From positions 1,215 through 65,214 of the forward strand of contig JBCCVP010000010.1 of assembly GCA_039195135.1 (NCBI GenBank): DNA of 64,000 nucleotides, in the 5' to 3' direction. The position numbers were made by a program, and so were the translations under genes. Source of the stretch: Pseudomonadota bacterium. GTDB taxonomy: Bacteria > Pseudomonadota > Gammaproteobacteria > Xanthomonadales > SZUA-38. Below are positions 49,297 through 62,391 of this stretch, piece by piece. Position 1 is the first letter of the stretch; the number at the start of each line of letters is the position of its first letter. Below the pieces are notes generated by a model. That model searched no databases and was not told the origin of the DNA. It saw only the letters and a program-made list of their open reading frames with translations.

Positions 49297-50178
49297 TTGA
49301 CCAAACCCTCCCGCGCCCGCGCCGTAGCCCTGGTGCTGCTGGCCGGCGTGTTCCTGAGCACCGCCGGCATCGGCGTGCGGCTGGCCGATGACGCCGCGGC
49401 GCTGCAGATCGTTTTTTACCGTTCCCTCGGTATGGCGACTTTCCTGCTTGGCCTGCTTTTCTGGCGTTACCGCCAGACGCCGGCCCGCATTGTTCAGATC
49501 GGAGGGCGCAGCGGCGTTGCGGCGGCGCTTTGTTTTGCCGGCGCGTCCATCGCGATCATCTTTGCCCTGATCCACACGAGCGTTGCCAACGCCATGTTCA
49601 TCGTCTCCCTGGCACCGTTTTTCACCGCGGTGCTCGGCTGGCTGATTCTCTCCGAGCGGGTTCACCTCGGCACCTGGATCGCCATGGGCGTGGCCGCGGT
49701 GGGGGTGCTCGTGATGGTGGAGGGCGGGGTCAGCGGCGATGGTCTGCTCGGCATGGCGTATGCCCTCGCCATGGCCCTGTGCTACGCCGGGTTCAGCGTC
49801 GCGATCCGGGCCGGCCGGGGCGGCGATATGCTGCCGGCGATCTGCGTGTCCGGCTTTGGCCTGGCGCTGGTGCTGATCCCGTTTCTCGACACGTTTACCC
49901 TGCCGGCCCGGGATCTCGCGATCTGCCTGGGGCTGGGGGTTTTTCAGGTGGGTTTGGGCGGCACCCTGCTGACCTACGGCGCCCGCGGTCTGCCGGCGGC
50001 GCAGGTGAACTTTCTCGCCATGGCTGAGGTGATCCTCAGTCCTCTCTGGGTATGGCTGATCATCAACGAACAGCCGAGCTCTGCCACGCTGCTGGGCGGC
50101 GCCATCATTCTCTGCGCCATCAGCTACCAGGCGCTGCAGCCGGCCGGCGAGACGGCCCCAGGGGTCGCAGACCCCTAG
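49297..50178 (+). CDS. DMT/EamA-family transporter
   Basis: About 10 TM helices in two EamA repeats (LGWLILSER, WLIINEQP). Confidence 0.9.
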   Translation: MTKPSRARAVALVLLAGVFLSTAGIGVRLADDAAALQIVFYRSLGMATFLLGLLFWRYRQTPARIVQIGGRSGVAAALCFAGASIAIIFALIHTSVANAMFIVSLAPFFTAVLGWLILSERVHLGTWIAMGVAAVGVLVMVEGGVSGDGLLGMAYALAMALCYAGFSVAIRAGRGGDMLPAICVSGFGLALVLIPFLDTFTLPARDLAICLGLGVFQVGLGGTLLTYGARGLPAAQVNFLAMAEVILSPLWVWLIINEQPSSATLLGGAIILCAISYQALQPAGETAPGVADP

Positions 50179-51014
50179 TCCTCCGGGTCGCCGGTGATGT
50201 CCTCGTCATCGAGCCGATGGCCCCATTGCTGTTTGGCGGCAAGGTAGCGCTGATTCCAGGGATCAACGCCGAACACGTGCTTGACCGCGGTCACCCGGGT
50301 CAGGCCCCGGGATTTCAGGTCGGCAATTTTTTTCGGATTGTTGGTCAGCAGCCGAAAGGGTCTGTCGCCGACAAAGTAGTGCAGCAGGGTGGCGGCATCG
50401 GAGTAGTCCCGGGAGTCGTCCGGCAGCCCCAGCATGCGGTTGGCGCCGTAGGTATCCTCGCCGCTGTCCTGCAGCAGGTACGTCGCCGCTTTCGCCCACA
50501 GACCGATGCCCCGGCCCTCATGGCCGGCCATGTAGATGAGCATGCCGCCATCGTCGTCGGCCACGATTCGGTCGAGGGCGCCTTCGAGCTGCGGCCCGCA
50601 CTCACAGCGGCGGGAGCCAAAAACGTCGCCGGTCAGGCAGCTGGAGTGAATCCGGACCAGCGGCGACTGCCACGTGTCTTGATCCCCCACGACCATGACG
50701 CTGTTGACCGCCATGGATGAGACCAGCGTGCTGAACAGCTGCTGGCCGCCGTGTTCCCGAAGCTCTGCCGCCAGCTCCTCCACCTTCGACAGCTCGGTGC
50801 TGCGCACGCTGGCGTACCAGTTAACCGTGGCGGCGCGGGTTTGCTCGCCGCCGCGGCCCAGGGGCAGCGGAATCGGGCCCATGAGGTTGACCACCGTTTC
50901 ACCGGCGGCGACCGGCGCATCCGGCGAGGTTTCCTGACCGTCCGGCAACAGCCGCCGCAGGTGTCCCTCTGCGATCAGGCGTTCTCGAACCGTGGGATCG
51001 AGATAGGTGAACAT
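50175..51014 (-). CDS. ribA: GTP cyclohydrolase II (RibA family) with an N-terminal extension
   Basis: VRIHSSCLTGDVFGSRRCECG (Zn-binding Cys), EGRGIGL, LLTNNPKK and YLAAK..GH. Confidence 0.88.
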   Translation of the reverse strand: MFTYLDPTVRERLIAEGHLRRLLPDGQETSPDAPVAAGETVVNLMGPIPLPLGRGGEQTRAATVNWYASVRSTELSKVEELAAELREHGGQQLFSTLVSSMAVNSVMVVGDQDTWQSPLVRIHSSCLTGDVFGSRRCECGPQLEGALDRIVADDDGGMLIYMAGHEGRGIGLWAKAATYLLQDSGEDTYGANRMLGLPDDSRDYSDAATLLHYFVGDRPFRLLTNNPKKIADLKSRGLTRVTAVKHVFGVDPWNQRYLAAKQQWGHRLDDEDITGDPED

Positions 51015-51016
51015 GG

Positions 51017-52155
51017 TTAGGTTTTACCGCGGAGTTTGCGCAGTTTCGCCAGAAAACCCTGGGCGTCGGCGAGGTTAGCGATGGCGGTTGCCGGGTCCAG
51101 GCCGAATTCGCCATCCGGCAGGGCCCGGTGGATGGTCTTCGGGTCCTTCGATGGGTCCTGGTTGTAGCTGAGGAGATCGAGCGCCTGCGGTGGCTCTATC
51201 TTCTGCTGCTTTTCATCCAGCATCAGCAGCAGCCGCGGCTGGGTGCGGTTTTTGACGTTCTGGGCCTGCACTACGCCAATTTCGCCGCTGTCCAGCTCCA
51301 CCAGTGACCCGTTCGGATAAAGCCCGATCACGCGCACAAACTCTTCCACAACCTGGTCGTGAAACCGTCGATCCCGCTCCTGGTTCAGCGCGTCGATGGC
51401 CTCGGTGGAGGTCACCACCACGTCGCTGTAGGGCTTGATGCTGGTCATGGTGTCGTACCAGTCCACGATACCCACCAGCCGGGCCAGCATCGGGATCTGG
51501 TCTGCCTTGAGGCCGTTGGGGTAGCCGCTGCCGTCGAACCGCTCGTGGTGCGTACGGACAATTTCTGCAATCTCGGCATCCAGGTCCGGCTGTCGCGCCA
51601 CCAGTTCCGCGCCGGTGTTGACAAAGGTGTGGATGCGGGTAATTTCCTCTTCGGTCAACGGACCGGGTTTTTCCAGCAGGTGCCGCGGCAGCTTGGCTTT
51701 GCCGATCTGGCACAGCAGGCCGCTCCAGGCCAGCCGTTTGAGCTGCACCTCGGAAAGCCCCATGCCCCGGCCCAGCACCGCGGCCAGCACGGACGTGCGC
51801 AGCAGGTGGCCGTTCAGAAAAGACTGCGGCTCCAGCAGGTGCGTCATCCAGACCATGGGGTCGGGATGGCGGATGATGCTCGCTACCACCTCCTCCAGCG
51901 GCTCGGCCACGGCGACCGTATTCAGTGGCCGGCCGACGCGCACGTCGTCGATCATTTGCCGGCCGGCGTCGCGGAATCTGCCAAAACACTGGCGGGCCCG
52001 CTTGAGTTCCGCGTCGAAGCTGCCGGGTTCGGGATAGTGATCGGGATTGGTCGCCAGACGGCTGCTCTCCGCCGCATCCTCGTGTCCGGGGGTCAGAATC
52101 TCGCGCTTCTGCAGCTGGAATTCGCCGGTCCTGGCCGGCGTCTGGTCGTCGCCGC

Positions 52156-52159
<4 letters not shown>
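51017..52159 (-). CDS. HD-GYP domain protein with a degenerate HD motif
   Basis: [11 protein letters not shown] and [12 protein letters not shown] are present; the HD position reads LLCQIGK. Confidence 0.88.
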
Positions 52160-54921
<2,762 letters not shown>

Positions 54922-55074
54922 CGTCCTGAGCGAGCGGCGGCATTAAGGCGGGCCCACATAATTATCCGGGCGCAGCGGCGCCAGGATCGCCAGCCGCCGA
55001 AGGTGAAATTTGTTCAAAGCTTCACGGGTCCTACTGCTAGACTCTGCGCGCAAATCCACCGGGACCGCTCCGCT

Positions 55075-57543
55075 ATGCTGCAACGCTTCACTCTGGCTTT
55101 TATGCTTTGCCTCATCTGCACCGCCGGCATCGCCGCTGTGCGTCAGACCAAAGGCGATTTCGAAGACCGCTTCCGGCAGCTGGACGAGGTGCTGCCCACG
55201 CCGAACGCCTACCGCAACGCCGCGGGTGAGCCGGGCCATGAATATTGGCAGCAGCAGGTGGACTACCGCATCGCGGTGGCACTTGACGAAGCCCGCCGGC
55301 GCCTGTCGGGCACCGCCGAGATTACCTATCACAACCGGTCCCCGGACACGCTGCGCTACCTGTGGCTGCAGCTTGACCAGAACATTTTCCGTCCGGATTC
55401 GCTGGCCGAACGCAGCAATGCGTTTGCCGCCCCGGGTCGCCGGGGACCCCCGGTGCGGGATGCCAAGGAGGGTAACCCGGCCGGGCTGAGCCTCGGCGAA
55501 CTGCGGCGTCAGCATTTTCTGGCGGATAACGAGCCGGGCTACGACATCAGCCGGGTGTCCAGCGACGGCCAACCCCTGCGCCATACCATCGTCGGCACGC
55601 TGATGCGGGTCGATCTGAAGCAGCCGCTGGCGCCGGAAAACGCCACGACCTTTACCGTCGAGTTTGCCTACAACATGGTGGAAGAGGACGCGGTTTCGGC
55701 CCGCGCCGGCTACGAGCACTTTCCGGACGACGAGCGGGAAGGGGGCAACGACATTTTTCTGGTGGCCCAGTGGTTCCCGCGGCTGGCGGCGTATACCGAT
55801 TACGAAGGCTGGACCAACAAAGAGTTTCTGGGCCGCGGCGAGTTCACCCTCGAATTTGGCAACTACGACGTCAGCATCACCGTGCCGGCGGATCACATCG
55901 TGTCCAGCACCGGCGTGCTCACCAACCCCGGCGACGTGCTCACGGCCACGCAGCGCGAGCGGCTGGAGGAGGCGCGCAGCGCCGACCGGCCGGTCTTTGT
56001 TGTCACCGCCGAGGAAGCGCTTCAGAACGAGCGCGAGGGCACGGAGGAAACGCAAACCTGGCGGTTTACGGCGGACAACGTGCGGGATTTTGCCTGGGCG
56101 TCATCGCGGAAATTTATCTGGGACGCGCAGGGTTATCAGCAAGGTGGCGACGTGCAGCCAGAGGTGCTGGCCATGTCGTTCTATCCCAAAGAAGGCGAAC
56201 CCCTGTGGTCCAAATACTCGACCGCGGCGGTCATCCACACCATGAAGGTGTACTCGCGGTTTTCGTTTGATTACCCGTACCCCACGGCGCAGTCGGTCAA
56301 TGGGCCCGTCGGCGGCATGGAATATCCCATGATCACCTTCAACGGACCCCGCACCGACCTGCAGGACGACGGCCGGCGCACCTATCCGCTCTCGGAAAAG
56401 CGCTTTCTGGTGGGTGTGATCATCCACGAGATTGGCCATGTGTACTTCCCCATGACGGTCAACTCCGATGAGCGCCAGTGGACCTGGATCGATGAGGGCA
56501 TCAACAGTTTCCTGGACGGGATTGCCGGGCGCGAGTGGGACCCGAACATTCCCTGGGGCGTCGAGCCCCGGGACATCCTCGAATACATGACCTCGGACAA
56601 GCAGGTGCCGATCATGACCCAGTCCGACAGCGTGCTGGATCTGGGCCCCAATGCCTATCACAAGCCCAACGTGGCCCTGAACATTCTGCGCGAGACGATT
56701 CTGGGCCGGGAACTGTTCGATTTTGCGTTTAAAGAGTTCTCCCGTCGCTGGCGCTTCAAGCGGCCAACGCCGGCAGACTTTTTCCGCACCATGGAGGAGG
56801 CCAGCGGCGTTGATCTGGACTGGTTCTGGCGGGGTTGGTTCTACACCACCGATCACGTGGATATCTCGCTGGATCGGGTGTACAAGATGCGCCTGGACAC
56901 GATGAATCCGGATATCGATTTCTCCCGCCGGCGCCAGGAGGAAGCGGACGAACCCCCGTCCGTGTTCGTGCAGCGCAACGAGGCGGAAGGTCGCAGCACC
57001 TGGGTGGAAGACAACCCCGACATTCGCGACTTCTACGACGAAAACGATGAGTTCACGGTGACCAACGAGGACCGCAACGCCTATCTCGCCATGCTGGCGG
57101 AGCTTGAGCCCTGGGAAATGGAGGCGCTGACCCGGGCGGTGCGGGAAGACCGGCAGTACTACGTGCTGGAGTTTTCCAACCTCGGTGGGCTGGTGATGCC
57201 GATCATCCTTAAGCTCACCTACGCCGACGGCAGCACCGAGCGGCGGGAGCTGCCGGCGGAGATCTGGCGCCGCACCCCCCACGCGGTGAAGAAACTGATC
57301 GTCACGGACCGGGAGATCACGCAGGTGCAGGTGGATCCGCTGTGGGAGACTGCCGACGCCGATGTCGAGAACAATTACTATCCGCGGCGGATTGTGCCGT
57401 CGCGCATCGAGGCCTATAAGCGGGAAGAGCGCACCGAGCCGGTCTACCGCGAGGTTATGCGGGATCTGAACGCGCCGCTTAAGGACCCGCGAGCTGAGGA
57501 GGCTGCAGAAGAAGCCATCGAAGGGACTGAGCAAACGCCGTGA
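55075..57543 (+). CDS. Secreted M1-family metalloaminopeptidase
   Basis: Signal peptide, GGMEYP and HEIGH-X18-E (WIDEG). Confidence 0.92.
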   Translation: MLQRFTLAFMLCLICTAGIAAVRQTKGDFEDRFRQLDEVLPTPNAYRNAAGEPGHEYWQQQVDYRIAVALDEARRRLSGTAEITYHNRSPDTLRYLWLQLDQNIFRPDSLAERSNAFAAPGRRGPPVRDAKEGNPAGLSLGELRRQHFLADNEPGYDISRVSSDGQPLRHTIVGTLMRVDLKQPLAPENATTFTVEFAYNMVEEDAVSARAGYEHFPDDEREGGNDIFLVAQWFPRLAAYTDYEGWTNKEFLGRGEFTLEFGNYDVSITVPADHIVSSTGVLTNPGDVLTATQRERLEEARSADRPVFVVTAEEALQNEREGTEETQTWRFTADNVRDFAWASSRKFIWDAQGYQQGGDVQPEVLAMSFYPKEGEPLWSKYSTAAVIHTMKVYSRFSFDYPYPTAQSVNGPVGGMEYPMITFNGPRTDLQDDGRRTYPLSEKRFLVGVIIHEIGHVYFPMTVNSDERQWTWIDEGINSFLDGIAGREWDPNIPWGVEPRDILEYMTSDKQVPIMTQSDSVLDLGPNAYHKPNVALNILRETILGRELFDFAFKEFSRRWRFKRPTPADFFRTMEEASGVDLDWFWRGWFYTTDHVDISLDRVYKMRLDTMNPDIDFSRRRQEEADEPPSVFVQRNEAEGRSTWVEDNPDIRDFYDENDEFTVTNEDRNAYLAMLAELEPWEMEALTRAVREDRQYYVLEFSNLGGLVMPIILKLTYADGSTERRELPAEIWRRTPHAVKKLIVTDREITQVQVDPLWETADADVENNYYPRRIVPSRIEAYKREERTEPVYREVMRDLNAPLKDPRAEEAAEEAIEGTEQTP

Positions 57544-58034
57544 TCCGGTACGTCCGGTTTGCGCTGCTGGCCGCCGGGCTGCTTGCTGCGGCCGCCGCCG
57601 GGGCCCACGAGTCTCCTCAGGTGCTGAGCACGGTGGAGACCAACCCCCGCACGGGTCAGCTTGAGGTGATTCACCGCTTTGGACTGCACGACGTGGAGCA
57701 CGCGGTGCGGCGCTTCGACTGGGGGTCTACCGACGTCCTGGCCAACGCCCGGGACCGGCAGCGATTCAGCGCCTACGTGCAGGATCGCTTCAGCCTGCGT
57801 ATCGACGGGGAGCCGGTGCCCCTGGCACTGGTGGGGCAGGAGCTGGAAGGTCGGTATCTGTGGGTTTACCAGGAGGCGGGTCAGCCGGGCCCGGCGCAAT
57901 CCGTGAAGGTGATCAATCGGGTGCTTTCGGAGCCGCCGCGGCATCACCTTGTGAAGGTACAGCTTCAGAGTCTAGAGGGATCCCTCGTATTTGAGCCCGG
58001 CGTGACGGAACTGACGCTCGACCAGGCGCGGTGA
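57540..58034 (+). CDS. DUF6702-like exported protein
   Basis: Signal peptide followed by His (AH), EVIHRF..HDVEHA and WVYQE; coupled to the M1 gene. Confidence 0.7.
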   Translation: MIRYVRFALLAAGLLAAAAAGAHESPQVLSTVETNPRTGQLEVIHRFGLHDVEHAVRRFDWGSTDVLANARDRQRFSAYVQDRFSLRIDGEPVPLALVGQELEGRYLWVYQEAGQPGPAQSVKVINRVLSEPPRHHLVKVQLQSLEGSLVFEPGVTELTLDQAR

Positions 58035-58291
58035 AGGAACGCTGGTCCGTCTACATGATCGAAGCGTCCGACGGGCGCATCTATACCGGCATCAGCACCG
58101 ACCCGGAGCGGCGGCTGGCGGAGCACGCGGCCGGCGGGGCTCGCGCGGCGCGGTTTTTCCGCGGCCGCAAACCGCGCCGCATCATCTTTCTGGAGTCAGG
58201 CCACAACCGATCCAGCGCGCTGCGCCGGGAGGCCCAGATCAAAAGCTTAAGCCGAGCGGAAAAGCAGGCGCTGGTGACGCAGTCGGACTAG
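58031..58291 (+). CDS. GIY-YIG nuclease family protein (UPF0213/YhbQ-like)
   Basis: SVY..IYTGISTDPERRLAEH and ALRREAQIK. Confidence 0.9.
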   Translation: MKERWSVYMIEASDGRIYTGISTDPERRLAEHAAGGARAARFFRGRKPRRIIFLESGHNRSSALRREAQIKSLSRAEKQALVTQSD

Positions 58292-58310
58292 ATTAATCCG
58301 GCGCCGGACT

Positions 58311-59231
58311 TCAGTCGGAACGGTTGAGAAAGCCTGGCCGCCAGGTCGCCGTCAGCCGCGCGCTGAGGTAGTCATCACTTTCCGCCGTGGCCCCTGGGCC
58401 GCGCACCACGTCCAGCGGCGTGTAGTCCACCGCGAAGCTGAAGCGCAGGTTTGGATGGCTCTGAAAGGCCAGGCCCGCGCTGCCGCTGCGCAGCACGCCG
58501 GAGGTGACGAGGCGGGTGCGGTCGATCACGCCGAACGTGCGGGCGTTCACCTGCACCTCCGGCCGGACGCGGGTGTAGGACCAGGCTGCGAAGGGCTCCC
58601 AGCGGCCGGCCCGGTAGGCCACGTTCAGCTCCAGGCCGACGTAATCCAGCTCCGCTTCGTCATCCGAAGGTGCCTCGCAGCCGAAGGGGTTCAGGGTCAG
58701 GTCATCACCCGCGGCCACCGTCGCCCGGCTGCAGGTGATGTCGCCCCGTACCCGCCCGCTCTGCGCAAAAAGCCTTGCGCCGGCGCGCCAGCGGTCTCCG
58801 CGCCAAAGGCTGCGACCCAGGGCGGCGCCGTAAAAGCCGTCGGGCCTGGCCCCGTCGATGCTGATCGGAGGCGTGTAGGCCAGCTCCAGGAGAAAGCTGC
58901 CGGGCAGCCCAATGCCCAGGCGGCCTCGCCCGAATACGGGCGATTTGTTCAGGTCTTCCAGCTTGCTGCCGTTAAAGCCAACCGCCGTGTCTTCTTCATC
59001 GATTCGCGGGATGTGCGCAAGCTCCATGGTAAACGCCATATCCCAGGGCTTAAGGTCCGAGTCGTTGCCCAGGCCGTGAAAAAGCGTTGCGGCGGTCATG
59101 TAGGACATGGCCCAGGATTCCGGGCGGTCCAGTGCCAGCTCCTGGCGCCCCTCGATCACCGGCTGGGCCCCGGCCGCCGGCGCAAGCACGGCGAAAGTCA
59201 ACAGGTGAAGTAGCGTGCGGCGTAGGTCCAT
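58311..59231 (-). CDS. Exported hypothetical protein, probable outer-membrane beta-barrel
   Basis: Signal peptide, alternating amphipathic beta segments and one Cys pair. Confidence 0.6.
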   Translation of the reverse strand: MDLRRTLLHLLTFAVLAPAAGAQPVIEGRQELALDRPESWAMSYMTAATLFHGLGNDSDLKPWDMAFTMELAHIPRIDEEDTAVGFNGSKLEDLNKSPVFGRGRLGIGLPGSFLLELAYTPPISIDGARPDGFYGAALGRSLWRGDRWRAGARLFAQSGRVRGDITCSRATVAAGDDLTLNPFGCEAPSDDEAELDYVGLELNVAYRAGRWEPFAAWSYTRVRPEVQVNARTFGVIDRTRLVTSGVLRSGSAGLAFQSHPNLRFSFAVDYTPLDVVRGPGATAESDDYLSARLTATWRPGFLNRSD

Positions 59232-59434
59232 CCCTGGTCCTCAAATACAGGCAGTCCGGGGACCGTAGCACCGGCGGCCGACGCCGGATGTGTGCTGTTT
59301 CACAGCCTGCGTCGGCGGCCGAAGTGGCCGTTCTTGTGACGCAGTTCACACTCTTCAATCCGGTTAACAAAGCGTCACAAACAAATGCCGGTCAGATGTG
59401 CATACTACAGCCCTGCCTACTCGGGGGAGTTGGT

Positions 59435-62308
59435 GTGAGCCAGGAACAGGGACGGAGCCTCTTGGGGCTCAAGTCGCCACGGATGGCGACGGTTCTGCCG
59501 GCACTTCTTGCCGCATTGTTGATGTGCGCCTCGGTTGAGGCGCAGCAGGCCTTAGTCGACCGATTCAAACCAGACCTTGCGGTTTACCCGCAGTACTTCT
59601 CCATCGCCCAGGCGAGCGACGGCATCGTCTACCTCGGGCATGACGGCCAGGTGCTGCGCTTTGACGGCGTCCGCTGGACGGCGATCTCGCTCGGCGAACC
59701 CGGGCCGGTGCGTTCGCTGGAGCGGGGACCGGACGGACGCATCTGGGTCGGCGGCACCAACCGCTTCGGATTCCTTAGAGGTCGCGCCGACGGCAGCGAC
59801 GAGTTTGTCGATCTGACCCATCGCTTTGGCCTTGAGCAGCGGGCTTTCGGCGACGTGTGGAATATTTTGATCACCTCCAGCCGGGTCTACGTAGTGGCCC
59901 TGCGGGACCTGTTTGCCTTCAATCCGGAAGGGGAACCCTACGGCCACTGGCAGCATGACGGACGCTTCGGCGCCATCGCCCAGATCGACGGTGAGGTCTG
60001 GGTTCAGTGGCGGGGCGAAGGGCTCAAGCGGCTGAATCGGGACGGCGAGTTCCGCCCGGTTCCCGGCGGTGAGATTTTTGACCGCAGCCTGGTGCGCAAC
60101 CTCCTCCCGGTGCAGCCCGGCCTGAGCCTCATTCACGATCGCAGCCAGGGACTGTATCTCTGGCCATCCCGGGGACGCCCGACGCTCATCGAAGGGCTGA
60201 GCGAAGCTGATCTTCCCCAGCTGACCGACGCCCGCGTGATCAATCCCACGACGGTGGTCTTTGGCGGCGCTGACGGCGTGCTGCGCGTGCTTGACCTCAA
60301 CGAACCCCGCTTTGACCGGGTGACGGTGGCTCCCGGATTTCTTTCGGGCCTTGCCATTGCCGGTGACGGGGCGGTGCTGGTTTCAAGCGATCGCGGTGCC
60401 CTGCGGGTGCCCTGGCCGGCCGACTGGGTGCGCTACGACGGTCAGATTCGCGGCAGCGTTCTCAACATCCGCATGCTCGATGATCGTCTTTATCTGCTGT
60501 CCGGCTCGGGCGTTTACGCCGCGGACCTGCAACATGGGCAGCCGGAACTGCCGTTCGAACGACTGGACTGGGCAATTGGTGAGGCCTGGAACCTCATCCG
60601 CACCGAGGCGGGTCTGGTCCTGGCGGATTCCCACGGACTGCGCCTGGCGGAACAGCCGGGGAGCCCGCGGGTGGGTCCGGATGATCTGTATCCAAGAGCG
60701 CTGCTGATCAATCCCGATCAGTCCCGCTGGCTGTGGACCGGCAACGAACACGGCCTGGCTTTGTTTGAACAGACCGCAACGGGGCTCAAGCTGGTGCATC
60801 GCGTCGAAGAGATGGGGTTTCGGGTGACCACGTTGGCGGCCCGGGATCGCCAGTCCGTCTGGGTCGGCGCCCAGGACCACGGCCTGTTCAGCGCCCGGGT
60901 TTCGAAGGACAGTGATCCGCGCATCGTACTCACGCGGGTGCTGCCGGAGTCCGGCATCACCTACGGCGAGTCGAACCCCGGCGCGGCGGTCAGCGACACC
61001 AGTCTCGGTGTGCTGGTCAGCACGGCCAGCGGCATCTTCCGGGTAGAGGGGAATCGGCTGGTGGCCGATTCGCTGGGGGGGCTCGGGAGCCTGCGCTCCG
61101 ACGGCGAAATCCTGAATTTTGTCGACGGCACCGGCGGGTCTCTGTGGGCGCAGAGTTTTGGTCGACTATACCGCCGCCACGGCGGCTTCTGGCAGGTGCA
61201 GGACCTCCTGCGGCTGGATGACGGTGCGGTGGACGCGGTGGCCGCCGCCCCCGGCGATTCGCTGTGGCTCGGCGGCACCAGCGCGCTGTTTCGCTATTCG
61301 CCAAAAGCGGTCGGCGGCGAAGCTGAGTCGCGGCTGGGACTGGCCAGTCTCTCGCTGACGGCCAGCGGCGCGCCGCAGTCGCGTGTTCCCCTGGGCGCCC
61401 CGCAGGAGGTGCTTGGAAACCGTGCGGCGATTCACGCCGAACTGCTCCTGACGGACCTCAAGCACGCGGCCTCCGCACAGTTCCGGACCCGGCTGGAAGG
61501 CCTGGAGGCGGAGTGGACCCCCTGGAGCACCAGCGCCCGGGTAAGCTATCCGAATCTACCGGCGGGCAGCTACGTGCTGCACGCCGAAGCGCGGTCCGGT
61601 GCCGGCCAGTCCTACGCCATGTCGTCGCAGCGCCTGACCGTCACGCCGCACTTTCATCAGACCCGGGGTTTCGCGGTGGCGCTGGCGGCAGTGGTTGTCG
61701 TGCTCGCGGTATTTCTGATCACCCACTGGCAGCGGCGCAAGGTGCAGCGGCTGGCGGCGCGGAATCAGGAGCTGGACGAACTGGTGCGGGACCGAACGCG
61801 GGAGCTCCGCCGGGCCAACGAGCGGCTCAAGCAGCAGGCGGAGAAGGATGCGCTCACGGGCGTTGGCAACCGGCGCCTGTTTAATCAGAGCCTGACGCAT
61901 AATTTTTCGGTGGCGCGGGTGGATGAAAATGATCTGTCTCTGCTGCTGCTGGACGTGGATCATTTCAAGCAATACAACGATACGCAGGGACATCAGCGCG
62001 GTGACCGGCTCCTGCGAAGACTGGCGGACCTGCTCACGGCCCACGTGCGGGACGACACCGTGGTGGCCCGCTACGGCGGGGAAGAGTTTGCCGTCATTGT
62101 GCCGCGCTGTGATGCGCTCTCGGCGGCACGGCTGGCGCGGCGCCTGGTGCGGCAGGTGGAGCTGGAGCTGGACGTGACCATCAGCATCGGCGTTGCCGCC
62201 TTTGACCCGGACCGGGACCTGACGGCGGACATCCTGGTGCGCCGGGCCGATGAAGCGCTGTACAGCGCCAAAGACCAGGGCCGCAATCGGTTCGTGCTGG
62301 CGGCCTGA
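59435..62308 (+). CDS. Diguanylate cyclase with a periplasmic beta-propeller/Y_Y_Y ligand-binding sensor
   Basis: Propeller repeats (DGRIWVG, DSLWLG), YPNLPAGSYVL, TM helix, coiled coil, DALTG and RYGGEEF. SD GGGGAG before the in-frame GTG at 59435. Confidence 0.9.
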   Translation: MSQEQGRSLLGLKSPRMATVLPALLAALLMCASVEAQQALVDRFKPDLAVYPQYFSIAQASDGIVYLGHDGQVLRFDGVRWTAISLGEPGPVRSLERGPDGRIWVGGTNRFGFLRGRADGSDEFVDLTHRFGLEQRAFGDVWNILITSSRVYVVALRDLFAFNPEGEPYGHWQHDGRFGAIAQIDGEVWVQWRGEGLKRLNRDGEFRPVPGGEIFDRSLVRNLLPVQPGLSLIHDRSQGLYLWPSRGRPTLIEGLSEADLPQLTDARVINPTTVVFGGADGVLRVLDLNEPRFDRVTVAPGFLSGLAIAGDGAVLVSSDRGALRVPWPADWVRYDGQIRGSVLNIRMLDDRLYLLSGSGVYAADLQHGQPELPFERLDWAIGEAWNLIRTEAGLVLADSHGLRLAEQPGSPRVGPDDLYPRALLINPDQSRWLWTGNEHGLALFEQTATGLKLVHRVEEMGFRVTTLAARDRQSVWVGAQDHGLFSARVSKDSDPRIVLTRVLPESGITYGESNPGAAVSDTSLGVLVSTASGIFRVEGNRLVADSLGGLGSLRSDGEILNFVDGTGGSLWAQSFGRLYRRHGGFWQVQDLLRLDDGAVDAVAAAPGDSLWLGGTSALFRYSPKAVGGEAESRLGLASLSLTASGAPQSRVPLGAPQEVLGNRAAIHAELLLTDLKHAASAQFRTRLEGLEAEWTPWSTSARVSYPNLPAGSYVLHAEARSGAGQSYAMSSQRLTVTPHFHQTRGFAVALAAVVVVLAVFLITHWQRRKVQRLAARNQELDELVRDRTRELRRANERLKQQAEKDALTGVGNRRLFNQSLTHNFSVARVDENDLSLLLLDVDHFKQYNDTQGHQRGDRLLRRLADLLTAHVRDDTVVARYGGEEFAVIVPRCDALSAARLARRLVRQVELELDVTISIGVAAFDPDRDLTADILVRRADEALYSAKDQGRNRFVLAA

Positions 62309-62323
62309 GTCACTCCTGAGTCA

Positions 62324-62353
62324 TTGACGACCCGAAGGGCTGGGCGCTATCTT
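62324..62353 (+). promoter_or_regulatory. Putative sigma70 promoter of the DUF6580 operon
   Basis: TTGACG-N18-TATCTT, preceded by two TGAGTCA direct repeats at 62306 and 62317. Confidence 0.5.
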
Positions 62354-62391
62354 GAGGGCCTGTTCTTCGCCCGCCAAACCAGCTGGGATCT

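Noticed and set aside
58031-58291. GIY-YIG gene as a homing endonuclease or defence nuclease
   Set aside because: It is an 86-aa stand-alone UPF0213-type protein, common in chromosomes, with no intron or defence context.
62309-62391. Cobalamin riboswitch upstream of the DUF6580 gene (also sought before 20478)
   Set aside because: The leaders are too short and lack the B12-box and GGGAA core motifs.
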